NCBI GenBank assembly: GCA_963789475.1
Contig: CAWBLO010000015.1
Coordinates: forward strand, 35,414 to 99,413
Direction: 5' to 3'
DNA: 64,000 nucleotides
DNA from: an uncultured Gammaproteobacteria bacterium
GTDB lineage: Bacteria; Pseudomonadota; Gammaproteobacteria; Methylococcales; Methylomonadaceae
Part shown: in pieces, positions 1 through 8,399 of the stretch
Layout: each line of letters starts with the position of its first letter
How positions within the stretch are numbered: position 1 is the first letter of the stretch
Made by a program: the position numbers and the translations under genes
Notes under the pieces: generated by a model
What the model saw: only the letters and a program-made list of their open reading frames with translations
The model's database searches: none
What the model was told of the DNA's origin: nothing

Positions 1-628
1 CCATTGTACCATGCTACATAAGTTGCTGTAGCTTTAGTTAGAACCATGCCCTGAATCAGAAGGGATTAAGACTCATGCAATATGCAACTTATACGCTACT
101 GTCATTTCGTTAGAACCATGCCCTGAATCAGAAGGGATTAAGACTCAATGCATTGGCATTATCGAACAGTCTTGGTTAGAACCATGCCCTGAATCAGAAG
201 GGATTAAGACTTAGAGCATTACACTGCATATTGCCTACATGTAGTTAGAACCATGCCCTGAATCAGAAGGGATTAAGACTTATACTGATATGCTTATATA
301 ACGCTACATCTTGGTTAGAACCATGCCCTGAATCAGAAGGGATTAAGACTTAATACATGCTGTGACATTAGCTGCTATTTGCGTTAGAACCATGCCCTGA
401 ATCAGAAGGGATTAAGACCATTCAGATACCATTAGTCAACAGCTAATCGTTGTGTTAGAACCATGCCCTGAATCAGAAGGGATTAAGACTCTTAGACTGT
501 ATAGTTATGCAGTCAATTGTTATGTTAGAACCATGCCCTGAATCAGAAGGGATTAAGACTTACATCGATCGCTATGCAAGTGCTTATTGTTAGTTAGAAC
601 CATGCCCTGAATCAGAAGGGATTAAGAC
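1..628 (+). CRISPR. CRISPR array, 36-bp repeat GTTAGAACCATGCCCTGAATCAGAAGGGATTAAGAC, 9 repeats visible, continues off the left edge; type III-like repeat
   Basis: Identical repeats at 37, 109, 175, 244, 314, 383, 454, 524 and 593, separated by unique 30-36 nt spacers. Internal CCCT..AGGG stem. The 3' ATTAAGAC resembles a Cas6 8-nt handle, suggesting + orientation. Subtype is inferred; no cas genes in window. Confidence 0.98.
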
Positions 629-757
629 ACCGCATGTAGTCAGCAATAGTGCTGATTTCATGGCTACGATTGATAGCGTAAAATACCTCGTTATCCACCG
701 CTGGAAATGACCGAATCTTTCCAGCTTAATCTTCACTTTAATTTTGAGGAACACATC

Positions 758-1105
758 ATGCCTTTCTTGAAACTCAGCACCAACGTTACTATTGATCAAG
801 CTCAATCCGAACAACTGCTCAGCGGACTTTCACAACTACTCGCCAAAGAAACCAGCAAACCGGAACGCTATGTGATGGTGGAACTGGCTGGCGGCAAAGC
901 CATGTTATTCGGCGGCAGCAATCAGCCCTTGGCTTATCTGGAATGTAAAAGTATCGGATTAAGCGCTGCTCAGGCAAAGGCTCTGTCCGTATCGATTAGC
1001 AAATTGTTAACGGGAATTTTGCCGTTGACAGCCGAGCGTATTTACATTGAATTCAGCAATTGCCCGGCTGAGTTCTGGGGTTGGAACGGCTCAACTTTTG
1101 GTTAA
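758..1105 (+). CDS. MIF-family (phenylpyruvate tautomerase-like) protein
   Basis: ATG at 758 after a GAGGA RBS gives an N-terminal Met-Pro (catalytic Pro1). Motifs KPERYVMV, MLFGGS, KSIGL, RIYIEF and WGWNGSTF are typical of MIF. Confidence 0.9.
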   Translation: MPFLKLSTNVTIDQAQSEQLLSGLSQLLAKETSKPERYVMVELAGGKAMLFGGSNQPLAYLECKSIGLSAAQAKALSVSISKLLTGILPLTAERIYIEFSNCPAEFWGWNGSTFG

Positions 1106-1456
1106 CTTGAAGCCGCCAGGATCAAGGCGGAATACTGTTACCAACTGGTTGCTTAAGAGATTAAGCCTAAACAAAAACTGTCGCAGTCTTTTTCACTAGC
1201 GCAACTCCGGGGTGTTCACTGTCAATTTCACCGAACAAAACAACCATCTCTTATTTATCATGATCCTTAGCGGCGATTCGCCGTTTTGGCGGATGCTCTA
1301 TGCTTATCTACGCTGCAAACTGCATTATTCAAGGTATTTGATTGGATCATTTTGAACATTTTCCACGCGGTTTTACACTATTGACTTTCTTTCGGCTAGC
1401 TGTAAATTGGTAGTGCTTGATATAACTATTTAATGATTACAAACCAAGGGGGCAAG

Positions 1457-1546
1457 ATGAAACTTGATGTTGAGGACAATAAATTTGTTACCTATCTCAT
1501 GATGGGCATGATGGCGCTAGGATTTGTGGTTATGCTGCTTATGTAA
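1457..1546 (+). CDS. 29-aa Met-rich single-pass membrane microprotein (not in ORF track)
   Basis: AAGGGGG RBS then MKLDVEDNKFVTYLMMGMMALGFVVMLLM*: charged N-terminus and a ~20-aa hydrophobic stretch. Confidence 0.55.
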   Translation: MKLDVEDNKFVTYLMMGMMALGFVVMLLM

Positions 1547-1598
1547 AAACACTTACATTTCAACACTTTCATAAGACGAATTCCGTTCGCTCATATTG

Positions 1599-1682
1599 AC
1601 TACCAACTTAAACCGGGACAGATAACATCCCTTAAAAGGATGTTATCTGTAAAGCCGGTTTGCTTTAAATTGAAAGCCAATA
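1599..1682. repeat. REP/MITE-like palindromic element, family A (core ACAGATAACATCC-N7-GGATGTTATCTGT)
   Basis: Inverted repeat 1618-1650. Related copies with conserved flanks at 12060-12109 (inverted) and 53298-53380. Confidence 0.85.
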
Positions 1683-1714
1683 GGTCATTAACTCAAAATG
1701 CTAACCTTTGTTCC

Positions 1715-2137
1715 TCAGTCGACATCTTTTTTATCAACTGAAGTCCATGATCTGTAGATCAATAAACCCAAAATTGCGCCTATGGCGTTAAAACCAGCGT
1801 CAGTCATAGATCCAAATCGGCCGGGTACGAATGTCTGATGCCATTCATCCAGCAAGCCAAATCCCAGTGTTAATATTAACGCCAATAAATATTTGTAACC
1901 GGATTCGGCAACCCAATGGCGTAAGGCCCAGAACCAAAGAGCTGCAAGCCCTCCATAAACCGGTATATGAAGGAAATTCTGAACATTTGGAGAGATCCAC
2001 GCCAGCGGATTCAGGGTATTGTTTGCGGCGCCTTGATCAGGAATAGAAGAAAGACAAAAAATTCCAACCATATAGAGCAGTGGCCAGATAACGCAATGAC
2101 GTGAATTGCAAGCAGGAATATCAAGTGTTTTTTTCAT
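1715..2137 (-). CDS. VanZ-family membrane protein
   Basis: IFCLSSIP, HIPVYGGL and DEWHQTFVPGR..D motifs; several TM segments. Confidence 0.85.
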   Translation of the reverse strand: MKKTLDIPACNSRHCVIWPLLYMVGIFCLSSIPDQGAANNTLNPLAWISPNVQNFLHIPVYGGLAALWFWALRHWVAESGYKYLLALILTLGFGLLDEWHQTFVPGRFGSMTDAGFNAIGAILGLLIYRSWTSVDKKDVD

Positions 2138-2220
2138 GGAATGACGACATCAGTGTGATAGTTTTCGAAGAGATAAAGAGTAAGAATTATAAAATTGTTG
2201 GCCGGTTTTCAATAAAGGGC

Positions 2221-3627
2221 TCAGGCAAATTTCTTCTTTAACCCCCAAAAGGCCAAAATGGTAACCAGCACCATCCCGCAAGCGAAACCAATCAGTATTA
2301 AACCCAGAAACAAGGTTTGCCTGAATGTATAGTCCACCAGTTCCTTACCGCTGCTCTGGGCTTGCCGGGTCAGCGCGTCCAATCGAGTTGACAGTTCATC
2401 AAACTTACCGGGGGCCAGGGTCTGGTCGAAGGCTTGCAGCAATTTCACCAAGTCTTGCGCGGTGGCGTTGATCTGCGCGGCTGCGGCAGTGTAGTCATTA
2501 ATGCGGAAGGGCTCGGCGTTTGGGTTTGATGGGCTGGATTGGAGTTGCCGCAACACATCTTGAAACGACTTTAGGGTGGTGGTGGAGGCATTGGACATCT
2601 GTTTGCCTGCGTCCAGCGCTTTCTCGGTCTGTGCGGCGAGGCTGGTGAGGCCTGGTTGTTGCGCGTTCAGTGCTTGGACAATCTGTTCGCGCTCGGCGCT
2701 GATGAGTCCCGGCAGCCGCTCCGCCGTCTGGCTGAACCGGTCTGCTGATTCGGACACTTGGGCGGTGCTTGCCAGCAGTTTTTCCATCTGAGGCATTTCC
2801 GCCGTCTGGATAATCAACAACTCGGTTTCCCAGCGGATCAAGGTCGGCATGTGCCTGGCCAGGAACAAGCCGCGTTCCGCAAACAACCGGGTGTTGGCCA
2901 ATTCACGGGTGGCGGGATCGAGTCCCGACAATGGATCGATAGCGAGCAGGTTGAAGACACTACTGGTTATCCCTGTCTGGGGGCCGCGGTTCATCCGCGC
3001 CATGTCGGACGCGAAACCCAACGCGCCAATATCGCGTGGCGAGCGCACGTCCGGATGCTGGTCGTGCCAGGATTTGATGGCGATGCGCAATTCCCTGATC
3101 TGCTCTGGTTTGAGCGTCATCGCGGCGATTCGCCAGATCTCTTTCTCCGCTTCTTGCGAGGCGAGCAGCAAGGATTTGGCCGATTCACCATAGCGCTGGG
3201 GTATCCAAAAATCGGCGACACTCATCCGGTTCAAGCTGACGAGGATGACCATGTCCAGAAGGTTGGCGTAGGTATTGGCAGCAGTGGCGATACCTAACAC
3301 ATCGTTGGTTATGGCGATACGGCGCCTCAAAAGGGTACGCCGCTCGGCGGGCGGGCCATTTTCTTGCTGCAATCTTCGGGAGGCGAGGTTTATGGCATCG
3401 ATATAATTGTCAGCAAAGCGGAGCAACTGGGATTGCAGTTCAACGGGATCAAGCTCGTCGTTTCCCTGGTTGAGCGAAAGCATGGAGCGGATGCCTTTTT
3501 CAGGAAATTCCAGGGTGCTTTTGAGCAAACTGCAAGCGCTCGCACTTAGGGCCAAGGCAAGTAACAGAATGACTTTCGGCACCCATCTATAGGTACTCGG
3601 ACAGCAAGGTTGAAACTCTCCGCACAT
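2221..3627 (-). CDS. Uncharacterised lipoprotein with coiled-coil region and C-terminal TM helix
   Basis: 468-aa ORF. Lipobox-like LALSASAC, Q/A/L-rich helical middle, hydrophobic C-terminus ending KKKFA. Confidence 0.7.
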   Translation of the reverse strand: MCGEFQPCCPSTYRWVPKVILLLALALSASACSLLKSTLEFPEKGIRSMLSLNQGNDELDPVELQSQLLRFADNYIDAINLASRRLQQENGPPAERRTLLRRRIAITNDVLGIATAANTYANLLDMVILVSLNRMSVADFWIPQRYGESAKSLLLASQEAEKEIWRIAAMTLKPEQIRELRIAIKSWHDQHPDVRSPRDIGALGFASDMARMNRGPQTGITSSVFNLLAIDPLSGLDPATRELANTRLFAERGLFLARHMPTLIRWETELLIIQTAEMPQMEKLLASTAQVSESADRFSQTAERLPGLISAEREQIVQALNAQQPGLTSLAAQTEKALDAGKQMSNASTTTLKSFQDVLRQLQSSPSNPNAEPFRINDYTAAAAQINATAQDLVKLLQAFDQTLAPGKFDELSTRLDALTRQAQSSGKELVDYTFRQTLFLGLILIGFACGMVLVTILAFWGLKKKFA

Positions 3628-3809
3628 GGTGATGGCGACTCCTTAGGACTTATTTTGATAAATGATAATTAGGGTATAGATTAACCGGCTCTTACTTTTC
3701 TGAATTAATTATCATAAGCTTAGCAATATTAAGCACTTATAAAACCATAAACGAGATAGTGAATATTTGATTATTTATTATATCATAACCTGTTGTTTTG
3801 TATTTGATT

Positions 3810-3892
3810 ATCCTCATGCCAACCCTATCTGAAACTGCTCCTGCGCTGCTCTACCTCCTGCATCCATGTATTCGTCCCGCAAGGAGAGATCT
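3810..3892. repeat. Degenerate CCCTCTCCC/GGGAGAGGG-type hairpin repeat carrying a nested ~45-bp insert
   Basis: Flanks resemble the empty element at 49168-49203. Insert is CTGCTCCTGCGCTGCTCTACCTCCTGCATCCATG. Confidence 0.45.
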
Positions 3893-4022
3893 TTTCTTTC
3901 TTAATGGCAGTCTGAGCGTAGGTTCGACTGTATTTGAATCTGTCTAAACGCACGCGGAAAGCAACCAAACTGTTGTTTGAATGCACGACTAAAATACGCT
4001 GTATTCTATGGACTTAAAAAAC

Positions 4023-4724
4023 TTAAAGGGTAAATCGGTCATCTTCGATGACGCCTGTTACTGAAGCGGATAGATCCAAGAGGCTAATCACATTCAGCTT
4101 GATCGCCAGCCGAGTCAGCTCGATGTCGCCGGCAACGCCGAGTTTACGCTTGATCAGGTAATGGCAATTGCCGACGGTTTTCGAGCTGATATTGAGTGTT
4201 TGCGCGATTTCTTCCGTTGTTCGCGCTTCGACCAGCAAACGCAGAATCTCGAATTCCCGCACTGTCAATGTTTCCAACGCCATACGCTCACTACCGAGCT
4301 TTTCCAGAGCCAGCGCCTGAGCGATGTCGGCACTGAGGGTGTGGCGGCCGCAATAAACTTCGTGTATAGCACGCAGCAATACCTCCGGCGGACTGCTTTT
4401 GGTGACATAGCCTATGGCGCCTGCGCGGCTGGCCTGCATAGCAAAACCTGGATTTTGATGCATACTGAAGACCAGAATCTTCGCTTTCGCCTCGCGTTGT
4501 TTGATACGGGAAATGAGTTCAAGACCACTGATTCCGGGTAAGGAGAGGTCAGTAATCACCACGTCAGGGTTGCATTCCTTAAAACGCTGATAGCCTTGGG
4601 CTCCATCTGTCGCTTTTGCGACCACTTGCAAGCCAGATTGCTTTGCCAACAGCGCGCGATAGCCTTCGCGGACGATAGCGTGATCATCAACCAGCAAAAT
4701 TCTGATCGTTGCCATAAGGGTCAT
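4023..4724 (-). CDS. NarL/LuxR-family response regulator (MoxX/MxcE-like)
   Basis: REC domain (ILLVDDHAIVREG, DLSLPG) plus LuxR HTH (LTVREFEIL..KTV). ATGA overlap with the kinase stop. Confidence 0.9.
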   Translation of the reverse strand: MTLMATIRILLVDDHAIVREGYRALLAKQSGLQVVAKATDGAQGYQRFKECNPDVVITDLSLPGISGLELISRIKQREAKAKILVFSMHQNPGFAMQASRAGAIGYVTKSSPPEVLLRAIHEVYCGRHTLSADIAQALALEKLGSERMALETLTVREFEILRLLVEARTTEEIAQTLNISSKTVGNCHYLIKRKLGVAGDIELTRLAIKLNVISLLDLSASVTGVIEDDRFTL

Positions 4725-6081
4725 GTCTGTGCCTCAGTAATGGAATGAATCGGCAGCCATGCATGAACAATCAGGCCGTGGGGTTGCGCGATGACTAAGG
4801 TTAGTTGTCCATCCAAAGAGGTAACACGCTCGCGAATGCCAAGCAGGCCAATACCAGAAACCTCGGCAAAGGGAAGTTCTGTTGCGCTGCCGTCGTCTTC
4901 GACGGTCAAGGCTGACTGTATCTGCGGTGATTACCAGAGTAACCTTCGCGTTCGCCGCCATCGAATGTTTAGCAATATTGGTCAGGCATTCCTGAGTAAT
5001 TCGAAACAACGTAATCGTCAACGGCTCTGGCAGCAATGCGCAATCACCGGTTTATGTTCAATTGATAACGAATTTTGCCGCCGCTACGCGCATTCCACCC
5101 TGATACCAGACTGGTGAGACTAGCGGCAAGCCCCAGTTCGTCGAGCTCGGCAGGTCGCAAATGCCTTAATAGATCCCGCACGTTATCCAGCATATGTTGG
5201 GTAATCCGGCTGATATGATCGGCTTCAGCCACTAACACCGGGCATTGTTGTTCTGCCGTGAGGGCAATGGATGCGGCAACAGCATTGATCGCGGCCAGAC
5301 ATTGGCCAAACTCGTCGTGTAGTTCCCGAGCCAGATAACGGCGCTCTTCCTCCTGAAGATTGATCAGCTTCACTGCCAATTTTTGACGTTCGGCAAGTAA
5401 TTGCTGCTGACTTGCCGCAAGTTGATTGATTGCTTTGGCGGTACGTTGCCATTCGATGAGTTCGAACGGTGGCAGCCGATAAGCTAAATTGCCTTTTTCC
5501 ATATTTTCCAGTCCGGCGACAATGATTCGGGCCGGTCGTAAGGCACGGCTGATGCTCAGATATACCAACAAACAGACGGCCAAAACGGTGGTAGCTGAAA
5601 GTCCCAGCAAGCTACAGATATTTTCCCAAGCTTGGGCGATTTCCATCTCGGCACTGGGTATAACCGTCAGTGAGCCATAAACCCGGCCATTGAATACAAT
5701 CAGTCGTGTTATCTCAAAACCGGGATTGAAAAGCCGTCGGTAAAAGGTCTCGAAACCATCCGGCCAGTTTAGATCAGCCAGTTTTGCGCCGTTGCAAAGG
5801 CTGCGAGCCGTATTGTCTTTTGCTACAAAACGAACACAAATCCCAGGCACGTTACCGGTCTGCTTCCATAGCTCAAAATCCGGAAAATGATTAGTTTGAC
5901 TGAATCCGGAATTGATCCGTAAAAGCTGCAACTCCAGTTGCTTGCCAAGCGACTCCGTAGTTATTTGAGTAACCTGCCTGGCTTGCCGGTCACTGCGATA
6001 CAGCACATAGGCGGTAGTGGCTAACAGACACATCAGGGCAACAAGCGTAATGCGGGATAATAAATGGAATTGTAGATTCAT
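4721..6081 (-). CDS. HisKA_3 sensor histidine kinase (MoxY/MxcQ-like), split by two 1-nt frameshifts
   Basis: Two TM, HAMP, EERRYLARELHDEFGQ, N box QECLTNIAKHS, G boxes EDDG and GIGLLGIRERV, spread over ORFs 5044-6156, 4734-5036 and 4721-4909. Confidence 0.85.
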
Positions 6082-6177
6082 GGTAAGCCTGCTTGGCCGA
6101 ATGCCGGTTCTGGAGAATCCGGTGATGACGGCATTATAAGTGGCGTTAAACAGCATTGAATAGCCACTCGCTTAATC

Positions 6178-6215
6178 ACGGGCAAATTGCCCGTACTTTG
6201 CGGGCAAATCTCGGC
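6178..6215. promoter_or_regulatory. Candidate operator: ACGGGCAA-A-TTGCCCGT palindrome plus a second CGGGCAAAT half-site 22 bp downstream
   Basis: Perfect 8-1-8 inverted repeat in the divergent intergenic region between the kinase and SRPBCC genes. Confidence 0.45.
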
Positions 6216-6291
6216 TTAACTATAACTATCGATTTATTAAACTATCAATCGTCGGCATTCACGACAAGCCACTACTTTTGGAGAAGCTCCC

Positions 6292-6727
6292 ATGATTGCA
6301 AAATTGAACGTTACCAAAATCATCACTGCCAATGTCAACCTGACCTGGGCTGCGATCAGCAGCATCGGCGGGCTTGAACGCTGGTTTCCTATGATTACCG
6401 GTTGCTCGGTGTCCGGTACAGGAGAAGGCGCAACACGGATTCTGACGTTAGCCGATGGTGCAAAAATTAAGGATCGCATCGAAGCTATCGATCATCAACT
6501 CAGGCGCTTACGATACACCAGAATCGAATCGCCATTTCCGGTACAAAGTTACTTGGGTACAGTAGAAGTCCGCAAGGTAAACGACGATTCCTCCGAAGTA
6601 TCATGGACGGTAGAGTTTGATGTACAAGAAGAGCAACGGGATGCAATGATCGAGTTTTTGCACACTGTTCTAGCCAGAGGGCATTCAAGGTCTGGAACAG
6701 GATTTACAACAACCACAGCTTGTTTGA
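6292..6727 (+). CDS. SRPBCC/polyketide-cyclase family protein (MxaD-like); frameshift near 6675
   Basis: W..I....LERWFP, GEGATRILTL.DG and YTRIESPFPV..Y motifs. The shifted frame gives EGIQGLEQDL..* ending at 6727. Confidence 0.8.
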
Positions 6728-6749
6728 TAACAAACTTGAGGAGAACACC

Positions 6750-7250
6750 ATGAATAATCTGAAATTAACTCTACTAGCATTGACTTTAAGTCTGCTACTG
6801 TTAAGCAATGCCGATGCAGCACAGCGCATAGCCATTTTAAATTTTGAACTGAACGATATAACTTCCCTGCCCAACACACCGCAGGAACAACTGCGCACTG
6901 CGTCTATCCAGCCTTTGCTGGAGCAGGCGATAAGCCAAACGGGCGATGTCGAAATTATTCACATCAATACTGAGGCTCAATTAGCCGCCAATTCAAGCTT
7001 CGGTTATCTATTTCGCTTTAATGATCTTGCGGCCAAACTGGGTGAGCAGTTTGGCGCTGATTGGATTGTCGTTAATCAGCACAGCAAGCCCAGCTTTTTG
7101 TTTTCATATTTGATGGCACATGTGATTAATGTAAAGACCCAAACACTGGTCGCAAGCTACGCTATTGAACTTAAGGGCAACAATGAAAAAGTCACACAAC
7201 GAGGCGTTAAATCGCTTGCCGATAAAATTCATACGCTGATTAACAAGTAG
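6750..7250 (+). CDS. DUF3280/DUF2380-family periplasmic protein
   Basis: Signal peptide, IAILNFEL.D, GADWIVV and KPSFLFSY motifs. GAGGAG RBS. Paralog at 33803. Confidence 0.75.
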   Translation: MNNLKLTLLALTLSLLLLSNADAAQRIAILNFELNDITSLPNTPQEQLRTASIQPLLEQAISQTGDVEIIHINTEAQLAANSSFGYLFRFNDLAAKLGEQFGADWIVVNQHSKPSFLFSYLMAHVINVKTQTLVASYAIELKGNNEKVTQRGVKSLADKIHTLINK

Positions 7251-7300
7251 AATTAAGAAAGTTTGACAAGTTTTGTTAAGTGATTGATCATTGATAATTA

Positions 7301-8290
7301 ATGCTTGCAGTTATAAATCTATTAACCGGAGACTTCCTTATTAATACCCAAAGCGAAGAGTCACTTGATAAAATTTTGCTACCCGGCAAGCCAATTGATC
7401 GTCAACTCGTGGCGGCAGAGTTTGAGCCTGTTAAACCTCACTGGGCATCGCAGAGTGGCTGCGATTCTGAAGGCTTATGGGTTGAATTTGAACAGCTTGG
7501 CAATACTTACCGGGTTTATTTTCCGCAATGGGAAGGTGAGCTTGGTTATGATAACGCGGGGCTTTATTCCGATCTTATAATCAAAGGGATTACCCAGCGT
7601 TGCCGCTGGCTTCCGCCCGGAATATTTGTCATGGGTTCGCCATCATCTGAAAAAAAGCGTCATGATAGCGAAACCCAACACCAAGTCACTCTTACTCAAG
7701 GGTTTTGGCTCGCAGATTCAGCGTGTACTCAAGCTTTATGGAAAGCTGTGATGGGCGATAATCCAGCATTTTTCACGACGAATGAAAACAATCCGGTAGA
7801 GCAAGTCAGTTGGGATGACGTGCAGAATTTCATAAAAAAACTTAATATCCTGATTCCAGGATTGGGTATTCAACTTCCGACAGAAGCGCAATGGGAATAC
7901 GCTTGCCGTGCAGGAACGGCTACTCCATTCTCGTTCGGTGAAACCATTACATCTGAGCAGGTCAACTACGACGGTAATGTGCCTTATGCAGATGGAAAAA
8001 AAGGCGGGTGCCGGGAAACAACTGTCGAGGTTAAATCACTTCCAGCTAATTCTTGGGGACTTTATGAAATGCACGGTAATGTTTGGGAATGGTGTGCCGA
8101 CTGGTATGACGATTTTTCTGTAATTCCGGTTATTGACCCTTTAGGCTCCGATACAGGTTCTTCGCGGGTATTACGCGGTGGCTCGTGGAGCAATCATGGC
8201 TGGCGGACACGTTCTGCTAACCGTGGTTGGTACGCACCTGTCAATCGTGACAATTACATCGGGTTCCGGTTTGTCGTAGGTCAAGCTTGA
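7301..8290 (+). CDS. FGE-sulfatase (SUMF1/CLec-fold) domain protein
   Basis: FVMGSP, PVEQVSWDD, LPTEAQWEYACRAG, NSWGLYEMHGNVWEWC and RVLRGGSW...GFR motifs. Confidence 0.92.
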   Translation: MLAVINLLTGDFLINTQSEESLDKILLPGKPIDRQLVAAEFEPVKPHWASQSGCDSEGLWVEFEQLGNTYRVYFPQWEGELGYDNAGLYSDLIIKGITQRCRWLPPGIFVMGSPSSEKKRHDSETQHQVTLTQGFWLADSACTQALWKAVMGDNPAFFTTNENNPVEQVSWDDVQNFIKKLNILIPGLGIQLPTEAQWEYACRAGTATPFSFGETITSEQVNYDGNVPYADGKKGGCRETTVEVKSLPANSWGLYEMHGNVWEWCADWYDDFSVIPVIDPLGSDTGSSRVLRGGSWSNHGWRTRSANRGWYAPVNRDNYIGFRFVVGQA

Positions 8291-8399
8291 TTTTTCCGGC
8301 TACCTGCTTAAGGTGGGACAAGCAGTCCGGATAAGACCACCCAAGTGTAACGAGTGGTGATCAGTGTGTATTAGAAAACCCAGTTAATAGAGACAGTTT

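Noticed and set aside
590-814. 74-aa minus-strand ORF over the array end
   Set aside because: It overlaps the last repeat and the MIF start, and has no recognisable motif; a shadow ORF.
7301-8290. Complete DGR in this window
   Set aside because: No reverse transcriptase, Avd or template repeat was seen; kept only as a possible remote target.
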